Shown: piece after piece, positions 30,964-39,270 of the stretch
How the letters are laid out: each line of letters begins with the position of its first letter
Numbering within the stretch: position 1 is the stretch's first letter
From: Alphaproteobacteria bacterium
GTDB taxonomy: Bacteria > Pseudomonadota > Alphaproteobacteria > CALKHQ01
Reading direction: 5' to 3'
Length of the DNA: 64,000 nucleotides
Assembly: GCA_965227515.1 (NCBI GenBank)
Contig: CBDDFZ010000001.1
Span: forward strand, 3,872,001-3,936,000
Notes under the pieces: generated by a model
Seen by the model: only the letters and a program-made list of their open reading frames with translations
Told to the model about the DNA's origin: nothing
Database searches by the model: none
Made by a program: the position numbers and the translations under genes

Positions 30964-31401
30964 ATGGACCTTTTGCGTGTCCGCCACTGGCAGGCCCTTG
31001 TTGTCGCCGCGCTTCTTGCGATGGTGCCGATGGCGGCCAACGCGGGCGTGGCGGTGTATGCCGGCACCTATGCCGGCACCTATCGCGCCCAGGTGGATAC
31101 GGTTGAGCGCGGCTCCTGGTGCGCGGTCGTCGATACCGACGGCAGCATTACCGGCATGGTCCATTCCGATGTGACCGGCCGGCAATATCCGTTCAACGGC
31201 ACGGTCACGCGCGACGGCGGCATGGCGATGTCGACCGGGCAGACCGGCGCCGGCAGCATCTTCGCCGGCATGATCGAGGACGACATGAGCGTCTCCGGCA
31301 CCTGGCGCAACGTCTCGGCGCCCGAGCGATTCAACGGCACCTTCGAGGGCGCGCAGGAGCCGCCGGGCACCAACCCGCTCTGCGGCGAACCGGGGGCTTA
31401 G
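30964..31401 (+). CDS. Secreted hypothetical beta-rich protein
   Basis: GGAG RBS, signal peptide ending ANA, host-like codon usage, two Cys. Confidence 0.65.
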   Translation: MDLLRVRHWQALVVAALLAMVPMAANAGVAVYAGTYAGTYRAQVDTVERGSWCAVVDTDGSITGMVHSDVTGRQYPFNGTVTRDGGMAMSTGQTGAGSIFAGMIEDDMSVSGTWRNVSAPERFNGTFEGAQEPPGTNPLCGEPGA

Positions 31402-31417
31402 GCGCGCCAATAACTGC

Positions 31418-31794
31418 CGTCGCCCTCGCACTTGTTGCGAGGGCCCATCGACATGCCAGACTGACTGTCGATGAGCTGTTACGTCTACATCCTTGCGAGC
31501 CGACCGTACGGCACGCTCTATGTTGGCATGACCAACGATCTCATACGTCGTGTCTGGGAGCATCGTGGAGGTCTTGTCGCCGGCTTCACTCGCCAAAACA
31601 ACATCAAACATCTTGTCTATTTCGAGGTTCTCGATACGGCCCCCGATGCAATTCGGCGCGAGAAGAGACTGAAGCAATATCGGAGGGACTGGAAGATCAA
31701 CTTGATCGAGCGCGACAACCCTCACTGGGAGGACCTTTGGCCGACTATCGCGCGTTAGGCGAAATGGGCCCTCGCAACAAGTGCGAGGGCGACG
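31418..31794. mobile_element. Candidate element: GIY-YIG gene bracketed by perfect 31-bp CGTC-REP inverted repeats (locus C)
   Basis: 31418-31448 is the exact reverse complement of 31764-31794; mobility is inferred, not shown. Confidence 0.6.
31471..31758 (+). CDS. Stand-alone GIY-YIG nuclease family protein
   Basis: YVYILAS...TLYVGMTNDLIRRVWEH...AIRREKRLK...WKINLIE...NP.W.DL. Confidence 0.92.
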   Translation: MSCYVYILASRPYGTLYVGMTNDLIRRVWEHRGGLVAGFTRQNNIKHLVYFEVLDTAPDAIRREKRLKQYRRDWKINLIERDNPHWEDLWPTIAR

Positions 31795-31815
31795 AAAATA
31801 TAGGTGCGGGTCTCC

Positions 31816-32748
31816 CTACCCCCGTCGCCGCACCAGCGAGATACGCGGGTCGATGAACGGGGCCAGGAAATCGGCCAGCAGATTGCCGACCAGGATGGCG
31901 AGCGCCGCCACCAGCGTCACGCCCATGATGATCGGGATATCGATGCGCTGGATCGCCTGCCAGGCAAGCTGGCCGATGCCGGGCCAGCCGAACACGGTCT
32001 CCACCACCACCACGCCGCTCATGAAGATGCCGATGTCGAGCCCGATCATCGCGACGATGGGCAGGATCGCGTTCCTGAGCGCGTGCACGATCAGCACCCG
32101 GCGCGGGCTCGCCCCCTTGGCGACCGCGGTGCGGATGTAGTCGCGGCGCAGCACGTCGACCATCGACGAGCGCATCATCCGCGCGTACCAGCCGCCGCCC
32201 AGGATGCCGAGCGTCAGCGACGGCAGGATCATGCTCTCGAACGTGCCGTCGGCGCGCAGCGGCAACCAGCCAAGCGTCGCCGCGAAGACGAACAGCAGCA
32301 GGATGCCGACCACGAACTGCGGCGCCGACACACCGACGAAGGCGCCGACCATGACGACGCGGTCCAGCGCACGCCCACGATGGGCGGCGGCCAGAACGCC
32401 GGCCGGGATGCCAATCAGCAGTTCGCAGAAGATGCCGCCGGCCATCAGCAGCAGGGTCGCCGGCAGCCGGCTCATGATCAGCTCGGTGACCTCGGTGCGC
32501 TGCAGGTACGACCGGCCGAGGTCGCCCTGCACCAGATTGCCGAGATAGATCAGGTACTGCTCGACCAGGCCGCGGTCGAGGCCGAGCTGGCGGCGGATAG
32601 ACTCCACCGTGTCGGGCGGCGCGTTGCGGCCGGCGATCATCCGCGCCGGGTCGGCCGGGATCAGGTAGACCAGCAGGAATGTGATGATCGAGATGCCGAT
32701 CAGGATCAGCACCGCCTGCCCCAATCGCCGCGCCAGGAAGCCACCCAT
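31816..32748 (-). CDS. Peptide ABC permease (DppB/OppB-like)
   Basis: GDLGRS, DYIRTAVAKG and VVETVFGWPGIG. Confidence 0.92.
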   Translation of the reverse strand: MGGFLARRLGQAVLILIGISIITFLLVYLIPADPARMIAGRNAPPDTVESIRRQLGLDRGLVEQYLIYLGNLVQGDLGRSYLQRTEVTELIMSRLPATLLLMAGGIFCELLIGIPAGVLAAAHRGRALDRVVMVGAFVGVSAPQFVVGILLLFVFAATLGWLPLRADGTFESMILPSLTLGILGGGWYARMMRSSMVDVLRRDYIRTAVAKGASPRRVLIVHALRNAILPIVAMIGLDIGIFMSGVVVVETVFGWPGIGQLAWQAIQRIDIPIIMGVTLVAALAILVGNLLADFLAPFIDPRISLVRRRG

Positions 32749-33587
32749 CAGCGCCGCCCCCGCTGGGTCGGGTCCAGTGCGTCGCGCAGCGCGTCGCCGA
32801 CCAGGTTGAACGAGAGCGCCAGCAGCAGGATCGCCGCCCCCGGAATGAACACCAGCCACGGCGCGGAACTGAAGTAGGTCTGGTTCTCCTGGATGATGTT
32901 GCCCCACGAGGGCAAGGGCGGCTGCACCCCGATGCCCAGAAACGACAGGGTCGCCTCCAGCAGCACCGTGGTGGCGATGCCCAGCGTCGCCCACACCAGC
33001 ATGGTCGGGATCAGGTGCGGGATGATGTGGATGGCGAGGATGCGCAGATTGCCCGCGCCGACCGCGCGCGCCGCCTCCACGTACTCGCGCTCGGCCAGGC
33101 TGGTGGTCTCGGTATAGACCACGCGCGCCACTTGCACCCAGTTTACCAGCGCGATCACCAGGGCGACGATCCACAGGCTGGGGCCGATGATCGCGGCCAG
33201 CGCGATCGCCAGCAGCAGGGCCGGGAACGCCATCATCAGGTCGGTGAACCGCATGATGGTGGCACCGGTGACGCCGCGCACGTAGCCGGCGAACGCGCCC
33301 AGAAGGGTGCCGATCAGCACCGCAGCGCCATTCGACACCACGCCGATGAGCAGGGAATAGCGCGCGCCGTACATCATCCGGCTGAGGAGGTCGCGGCCCA
33401 GGGTGTCGGTGCCGAACCAGAACGGCTCGCCCGGCGGCAGCGGCGCGCCCTCCAGGGTCAGGCCCTCGAACCGCTGGTCGTCGTACTCGAACGGCGAGAT
33501 CACGGGCGCCAGCAGGGCCACCGCGACGGTGATTACGATCACCGCGATGCCGAAGATGGCGGTTGGCGTCAGCAGGTGGCGGCGCAT
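32748..33587 (-). CDS. Peptide ABC permease (DppC/OppC-like)
   Basis: GTDTLGRD, EYVEAARAVG, EATLSFLG and GDALRDALDP. Confidence 0.92.
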   Translation of the reverse strand: MRRHLLTPTAIFGIAVIVITVAVALLAPVISPFEYDDQRFEGLTLEGAPLPPGEPFWFGTDTLGRDLLSRMMYGARYSLLIGVVSNGAAVLIGTLLGAFAGYVRGVTGATIMRFTDLMMAFPALLLAIALAAIIGPSLWIVALVIALVNWVQVARVVYTETTSLAEREYVEAARAVGAGNLRILAIHIIPHLIPTMLVWATLGIATTVLLEATLSFLGIGVQPPLPSWGNIIQENQTYFSSAPWLVFIPGAAILLLALSFNLVGDALRDALDPTQRGRR

Positions 33588-33628
33588 GCTGACCGCCTGT
33601 TTATTCCGTCAGGCAAAATAAGCACTGC

Positions 33629-33719
33629 CGTCATGCCCGCACTTGTTGCGGGCATCCACGCCTTATTGGCCGCTAAGGCGGCCACCTCGTGGATCCTCGG
33701 GACAAGCCCGAGGATGACG
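33629..33719. repeat. CGTC-tagged REP doublet D
   Basis: ATGCCCGCA arm, TGGCCGC hairpin spacer, inverted ATCCTCGGG arm. Confidence 0.9.
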
Positions 33720-33749
33720 ATTGTGTGCTTGATCAAAGACCGCGTTCGG

Positions 33750-34751
33750 TCATGCGAACTTCGGGATGATGTGCTCCCCGTATTCGGCGACCTGGCGCTC
33801 CTCCTCGCCGCACATCAGGTAGATGTTGAACTGGGTCACGCCGGCGGCCTCCAGGGCGCGCAGCTTCTCGATGTGGGCCTCCACCGGCCCCAGGATCGAG
33901 AATGACTCCACGATGTCGGGCGTGATGAAGTCCAGGTGGTCGGCGTCCTTGTCGGCGTGGTGGCGATAGTCGTAGCCCTTGCGCCGCTCGATATAGGCGG
34001 TGAAGTTGCCCGGCACCAGGTCGGTGTCCGACCCGTACTTCTCCACGATGTCGGCGACGTGGTTGCCCACCATGGCCGGGAACCAGCGGGTCTGCTCCAT
34101 GCCCTTCTCGACGTCGCCGACCCAGACCGGGGCGGCAGACATCACCTGATAGTTGGACATATCGCGTCCGGCCTCCTTGCCGGCGGCGACCGCCTGCTCG
34201 GTGAACCACTGGCAGAGCGAGGGGTCGCCGATCTGCAGGATCAGGCCGTCGCCCGCCGTGCCCGCCGCCGCCAGCGCCTTCGGGCCGTAGGCCGCGATCC
34301 ACACCGGCAGGTCGTAGCCGTTGGACCAGGTGAAATCGACCGGGTTCGGGCTCTCGCCATAGGTCACGCTCTCGCCGCGCACCATAGCCTTCAGCTTCTC
34401 GGTGAACTCCACCATCCGCGCCACGGTGGCCGGCTTGTGGCCCATCACCCGGCGCGAGCTGTCGCCACGGCCGAGCCCGACATCGACGCGGTTGCCGGAC
34501 TGGAGCGCCAGGGTCAGGAAGATCGACGCCGCCTCGGACCAGTCGCGCACGGCCGGGTTGGTGACGCACGGGCCGAAGCGCATGTGCTGCGTGTGCTCCA
34601 TGCACATCGCCATGGTCACGAAGCACTGCCGCCACAGGATGTGGGAATCGTAGAACCAGGCGTATTTGAAGCCGGCGATCTCCGCCTGCCGGCACAGCGC
34701 CACCGTGCGCTGCGGAGAAATATCGCCCTTGAAACAGATGCCGAAATCCAT
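33750..34751 (-). CDS. LLM-class F420-dependent oxidoreductase (TIGR03842-like)
   Basis: AWFYDSHILW, GPCVTNP, GRGDSSRR, IAAYGPK and YDYRHH motifs; lies next to F420 genes. Confidence 0.85.
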   Translation of the reverse strand: MDFGICFKGDISPQRTVALCRQAEIAGFKYAWFYDSHILWRQCFVTMAMCMEHTQHMRFGPCVTNPAVRDWSEAASIFLTLALQSGNRVDVGLGRGDSSRRVMGHKPATVARMVEFTEKLKAMVRGESVTYGESPNPVDFTWSNGYDLPVWIAAYGPKALAAAGTAGDGLILQIGDPSLCQWFTEQAVAAGKEAGRDMSNYQVMSAAPVWVGDVEKGMEQTRWFPAMVGNHVADIVEKYGSDTDLVPGNFTAYIERRKGYDYRHHADKDADHLDFITPDIVESFSILGPVEAHIEKLRALEAAGVTQFNIYLMCGEEERQVAEYGEHIIPKFA

Positions 34752-34796
34752 GTCGGTTACTCCCACATTCTTCGTGTCATTTGCGGACCGCGGCGG

Positions 34797-35456
34797 CTAT
34801 TCCGCGATCCGGACGCCGGCATGCTTGAACGGCGTCGTCTTTGAGATGTTGAGGCGGATCAGGATGGGTGTCAGCGCCTCGATGCAGCGGGCGTTCACCG
34901 CCGGCCCGCAATTGTAGACCGGCGTCTGGAGCGCGCCCAACAGGTCGATGACCTCGCGCTTGGCGTCCATGCTGTCGCCGGCGATCAGGATGTCGCAATT
35001 GACCGGGTGGTCCAGGTCGTTCAGCACGTGCGCCGAGACGTTGTGCAGCGCGCCGACCACGGGCACATCCGCGCCCACCAGCGCCTGCGCCCGCTCGGTC
35101 GCGGAGCCTTCCGCCGGCATGTCGACCGCCTTCGGGTCGCCCTGTTTCAGCGGCACCACGATGTCGATCAGGATCTTGCCGGCAAGAACCGCGCGCACCT
35201 CCTCGATGGCGGCGTCGTGGCCGGCATAGGGGACCGCCAGGATGACGAAACGCTCGGCAACCATGGCGGCGTCCAGATTGCTGGCGCCGTCGATGGCAGC
35301 AGCCCCCGCGCCCGCTGTCGCGGACAGTTCCGCCGCCACCTCCGCCGCCCGTGCGGCATCGCGCGAGCCGATGATGACCGGCACCCCACCGCGCGCCAGA
35401 CGCAGCGCGGTGCCCCGCCCCTGCGGCCCGGTGCCGCCGATGATCGCAACGCTCAC
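34797..35456 (-). CDS. npdG: NADPH-dependent F420 reductase
   Basis: GGTGPQG, GSRD, VVPL, EGSATE, ALHNVSA and LIRLN. Confidence 0.9.
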   Translation of the reverse strand: MSVAIIGGTGPQGRGTALRLARGGVPVIIGSRDAARAAEVAAELSATAGAGAAAIDGASNLDAAMVAERFVILAVPYAGHDAAIEEVRAVLAGKILIDIVVPLKQGDPKAVDMPAEGSATERAQALVGADVPVVGALHNVSAHVLNDLDHPVNCDILIAGDSMDAKREVIDLLGALQTPVYNCGPAVNARCIEALTPILIRLNISKTTPFKHAGVRIAE

Positions 35457-35466
35457 AGAAAAACAC

Positions 35467-36252
35467 TCATAAGAACAAATCCTCCGCCGCCGGCCGCAGC
35501 AGGGCTGCCGCCGTGTCCGTGCTTTCGATCCAGTCGAGCCCGCGCACGATGGTCACGGGCGTCATGTCCGTCTTGCCGCTTGCCAGGCCGCTCGCCGCCG
35601 CCACCTCGTCGGCGAAGGCCGGCATGCTGGCGTGCATGGGCCGGCCATAGGCGTCGTTCTGGCCGCGCAGGTCGATGCGGGCCGGCACACCGGCGATGCC
35701 GATGGCGACATTCACCAGCCCGACCCTCCAGGCCCGCCCGAACGTGTCGGTGATGACCACGCCGACGCGGGCGTCGAAATGCGCTTCCAGATGGGCGCGC
35801 AACCCACGCGCGCTGGCGTCGGGGTCCTCGGGAAGCAGCACGATACTGTCGCCAGCATCAGTCCCTGGGCCGACATTGGACTCATCGACGCCGGCATTCG
35901 CGCTAACGAAGCCAAGCCTGTGGCGGGTGATCAGCACACCGGTGCCAGCACCCGGGTGATACGCGGTGCGCAGCACGTCCGCGCTCTCGCGCAGGATGAT
36001 CTCGACCTTGCGCGGGTCCTTGCCGACCTCGCCGGCCAGGCGGTCGGCGCGGGCGCCCGGCGCCACATCGGCCAGCGCGACGATGCGTCCCTCGGCCTTG
36101 GAGACCACCTTGTGGGCGACCACGACGATATCGCCGTCGACGAGCACGATCCCGGCCCGGTCCAGCGCACCGGCAATCAGTGCCGCCAGATCGTCGCCGG
36201 GGCGAATGTCCGGCAGGCCGGGCACGGCCTCGATGGACACAGGCCCGGTCAT
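35467..36252 (-). CDS. cofE: Coenzyme F420-0:L-glutamate ligase
   Basis: [30 protein letters not shown] and DTFGRAWR. Confidence 0.92.
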   Translation of the reverse strand: MTGPVSIEAVPGLPDIRPGDDLAALIAGALDRAGIVLVDGDIVVVAHKVVSKAEGRIVALADVAPGARADRLAGEVGKDPRKVEIILRESADVLRTAYHPGAGTGVLITRHRLGFVSANAGVDESNVGPGTDAGDSIVLLPEDPDASARGLRAHLEAHFDARVGVVITDTFGRAWRVGLVNVAIGIAGVPARIDLRGQNDAYGRPMHASMPAFADEVAAASGLASGKTDMTPVTIVRGLDWIESTDTAAALLRPAAEDLFL

Positions 36253-36923
36253 GCCGACTGCCAAGCCGAATGTTCCGCGTCCGACAGCCAGTCGCGCACC
36301 CGAACCGCCAATGGCGATGTTGGGTTCGCGGCCAGGAAAGCATCCAGGTCCTCGGGCGTGTCGATATCGAGCCGGAAGCTCGCCAGCCGCAGCACGGTCA
36401 CCGGCACGCCCAGGGTCGCCGCGCGCGCGCGGTAGCCGGCGAACGACTTGTCGCCGAAGCGGAACGGCACGGCACCCGGCGGGGTCGAGAGCACCGCGTT
36501 GGTGCCGTCGTCGCCGGTGGCCGGACACAGGATCAGAGACGGCGACGGCCGCGGCTGCGCCAGCAGGGTCGCGAACTCGTGCCCGTCGATGGCGGCCATG
36601 TCGGCGGGGATGACGAGTTGCGAGGTGTAGCCATGGGCAACGCTCCAACTGGTGGCGCGCTCCACCGCCAGGGTCTCGCCGCCGCCCTCGCCCTCGTGCA
36701 GCACGGTGCAGCCGAAGCCGGACGCGAGTGCGTCGAAACGGGTGCAATCGGTCACCAGCAGCACATGGGTGCCGGCGGCATGGTCGCGCACGAAGGCGAG
36801 CGTCTGTTCCAGCAGCGCACAGGCAAGCTCGGTCCGCCGCGCTTGCGGCAGTGCCGCGCCCAGCCGCTGCTTGGCACCGGCGGGGTCCTTGATCGGGATC
36901 ACGATGTTGAGGCCGGTAGTCAT
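36249..36923 (-). CDS. cofC: F420 pathway guanylyltransferase (CofC/FbiD)
   Basis: IPIK...AKQRL, PAD, GTNA, FG..SF and LDIDTPEDL. Confidence 0.9.
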   Translation of the reverse strand: MTTGLNIVIPIKDPAGAKQRLGAALPQARRTELACALLEQTLAFVRDHAAGTHVLLVTDCTRFDALASGFGCTVLHEGEGGGETLAVERATSWSVAHGYTSQLVIPADMAAIDGHEFATLLAQPRPSPSLILCPATGDDGTNAVLSTPPGAVPFRFGDKSFAGYRARAATLGVPVTVLRLASFRLDIDTPEDLDAFLAANPTSPLAVRVRDWLSDAEHSAWQSA

Positions 36924-38035
36924 GAAACAACGTCGCCCTCGCCCTTGTGGCTAGGGCCCATGGTCGTGACAGGCTCGGTCCGTCGACAAGTGGCCTCAAT
37001 GGCAGCTATGCGCTCAAGCCCTGCCCCGGAAGCTGATGATTCCACGTGCTGTACCGAACCACGGCCCACAAATGGGTCCTCGCCACAAGGGCGAGGACGA
37101 CAAATCTTCTTGTTCACCCAGCCCCAAATTTCATTGGCCAGCCGCGCCCGTGCGGCACGGTCCGGCATCAGGGTGTCCATCACCACCACATCGAGCCCGA
37201 GCGCCGCGATCTCGCTGGCGCGCTGGCGGTCCTGGCCGTCAATGACCATGGCGTCGATTAGCCCGTCGTAGAACCGCGCGACGCCAACCGCATCGCTGCC
37301 ATGGCCGGCGGCCCGCATCATCCGGTCGGACGGCCCCTTCAGCGATTGCCCGCCAACCAGCGGCGACACGGCGAAGCGAATCGCCTTCGACGCCTGTAGC
37401 GCCTCGCGGATGCCGGGCACGTCGATGATAGGTGCGATGCTGGCGATGGGGTTGGACGGCGCGATGCAGATGACGTCCGCCGCCGCGATGGCGTCCAGCG
37501 CCTCCGGCGTCGGCCGCGCCGCTTGCTGCCCCTCGACCCAGACGCGGCGGATCGCCGGCCCGCACTTCTCGCGCACGAAGAACTGCTGGAAGTCGAGCAC
37601 GCCGTCCGGCGTCTCGATCATCGTTGCCAGTGTATCGTCGGTGGGGAGCAGGATGCGCGCCTCTGCACCCAGCCGCGCCGCGATCTCCGCCGCGATCTCG
37701 GTCGGCCGCGCGCCCTGGTGGCGCCGCATGGTGCGGTGAATGTGGGTGGCGAAGTCGCGGTCGCCCAAATTCATCCAGGTCGGGCCGCCGAGAACGCCCA
37801 GCCGCTCCATCGTATCGAAGGTGTCGTCGCGATAGCCCCAGCCGCGCTCGTGATCCACCACGTCGGCAAGCGTGTAGGTGATGGTGTCGATATCGGGCGA
37901 GATCCACAGGCCATGCAGTTCGGTGTCGTCGGCCACGTTGCCGATCACCGTCAGCGCCGGCTGGCCCAGCACCTGGGCGAAGCCGTCGACCATCTTGGCG
38001 CCGCCGACCCCGCCGGCAAGGATCACGATGCTCAT
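36920..38035 (-). CDS. cofD: 2-phospho-L-lactate transferase (CofD/FbiA) with REP-derived C-terminal extension
   Basis: LAGGVGGAK, SPDIDT, LGDRD, FQQFFV, PSNP and KGP motifs. Confidence 0.92.
   Translation of the reverse strand: MSIVILAGGVGGAKMVDGFAQVLGQPALTVIGNVADDTELHGLWISPDIDTITYTLADVVDHERGWGYRDDTFDTMERLGVLGGPTWMNLGDRDFATHIHRTMRRHQGARPTEIAAEIAARLGAEARILLPTDDTLATMIETPDGVLDFQQFFVREKCGPAIRRVWVEGQQAARPTPEALDAIAAADVICIAPSNPIASIAPIIDVPGIREALQASKAIRFAVSPLVGGQSLKGPSDRMMRAAGHGSDAVGVARFYDGLIDAMVIDGQDRQRASEIAALGLDVVVMDTLMPDRAARARLANEIWGWVNKKICRPRPCGEDPFVGRGSVQHVESSASGAGLERIAAIEATCRRTEPVTTMGPSHKGEGDVVS
36931..37103. repeat. CGTC-tagged REP doublet E inside the cofD 3' end
   Basis: CGTC-GCCCTCGCC-CTTGT-GGCTAGGGC-CCAT and inverted TGTC-GTCCTCGCC-CTTGT-GGCGAGGAC-CCAT. 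Confidence 0.85.
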
Positions 38036-39270
38036 GCGACTGCCACTTCTTCCGCGCGCGGCACCAGCGGCGCCATCGGCAGCGGCATATGGTCGTCATA
38101 GACCTCAAGCGTGCGGTAGAGCGTGGAGCGGCGCACCGCGCGGCGGCCGGCGCCACGGATCAGCGCCACCATCTCCGCCGGCGTCACCTCCTGGCCGTGG
38201 ACCGCGCCCGCGGCCCGCGAGATGCTCTCGTTCATCAAGGTTCCGCCCAGGTCGTTGGCGCCGCAGGTCAGCATGGTCTGTGCAAGCGCCGGGCCGAGCT
38301 TCACCCACGAGCACTGGATGTTGTCGATGCTGCCGGCGAGCATCAGGCGCGCCACGGCGTGCAGCCGCAGGTGCTCGTCCACCGTCGGGCCGGGACGCAC
38401 GTCGGAGCGTTCGTTGAACAGCGGGGAGTCGGTGTGGATGAAGCCCAGCGGCACGAACTCGGTGAAGCCCCCGGTTTCGCGCTGGATGTCGCGGATCAGC
38501 GCGATGTGCGCCGCCCAGTGCCGGGGCCCGTCGATGTGGCCATACATGATAGTGGCGGTGCTGGGCAGGCCAACCTCATGCGCCGCCCGGATGATGCGCA
38601 CCCAATCCTCGGTGGAGAGCTTGTTGCGGGTGAGCTGCTGGCGCACCTCTGTGTCCAGGATTTCCGCCGCCGTGCCGGGCACCGAGCCCAGGCCGGCATC
38701 GCGCAGGTCGGCCAGGAAGTCGGACACGTCGAGGCCGGTTTTCTTGGAGCCGTACCAGATCTCGAACGGCGAGAACGCGTGCACGTGCATTTCGGGCACC
38801 GCCGCGCGCACGGCCCCCACGATATCGCGATAGGTGCTGCCGGGCAGCTTGGGGTGAAGTCCGCCCTGGATACAGACCTCGCTCGCGCCCCGGCCATGGG
38901 CCTCGCGCGCCCGGCGGGCGATTTCGTCCAGGCCCAGCCATTCGGCATCCGCCGCGTCGTGGCGCTTGGCGAAATTGCAGAAGCGGCAGCCCATGTGGCA
39001 GACGTTGGTGAAGTTGATGTTGCGGTTGACCACGAACGCGACGTCGTCGCCGACGCGTTGCCGGCGCACGGCATCCGCCACCGCCAGCAGGGCCGGCAGG
39101 TCTTCCGGCGGCGCGGAGAACAGCGCTACCGCCTCCGTTTCGCTGACCGGCGTGCCCGCCAGCGCGTTGCCCAGAATGCGCGCGGTTCCAGGTGTGGCGC
39201 GCGCGACCAAAATCTCCGCATCGCGCCAGCGGTCCGGCACCGGTTCGTGAACCATCGCCTTGGGCATCAT
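38032..39270 (-). CDS. cofH: FO synthase subunit CofH (radical SAM)
   Basis: NRNINFTNVCHMGCRFC, PGTAAEILD, FTEFVPL and GANDLGGTLMNESISRAAG. Confidence 0.93.
   Translation of the reverse strand: MMPKAMVHEPVPDRWRDAEILVARATPGTARILGNALAGTPVSETEAVALFSAPPEDLPALLAVADAVRRQRVGDDVAFVVNRNINFTNVCHMGCRFCNFAKRHDAADAEWLGLDEIARRAREAHGRGASEVCIQGGLHPKLPGSTYRDIVGAVRAAVPEMHVHAFSPFEIWYGSKKTGLDVSDFLADLRDAGLGSVPGTAAEILDTEVRQQLTRNKLSTEDWVRIIRAAHEVGLPSTATIMYGHIDGPRHWAAHIALIRDIQRETGGFTEFVPLGFIHTDSPLFNERSDVRPGPTVDEHLRLHAVARLMLAGSIDNIQCSWVKLGPALAQTMLTCGANDLGGTLMNESISRAAGAVHGQEVTPAEMVALIRGAGRRAVRRSTLYRTLEVYDDHMPLPMAPLVPRAEEVAVA

Noticed and set aside
35467-36999. 510-aa ORF suggesting a CofE fusion
   Set aside because: The N-terminal part is an alternative frame over cofC; the real cofE starts at 36252 with ATGA coupling.
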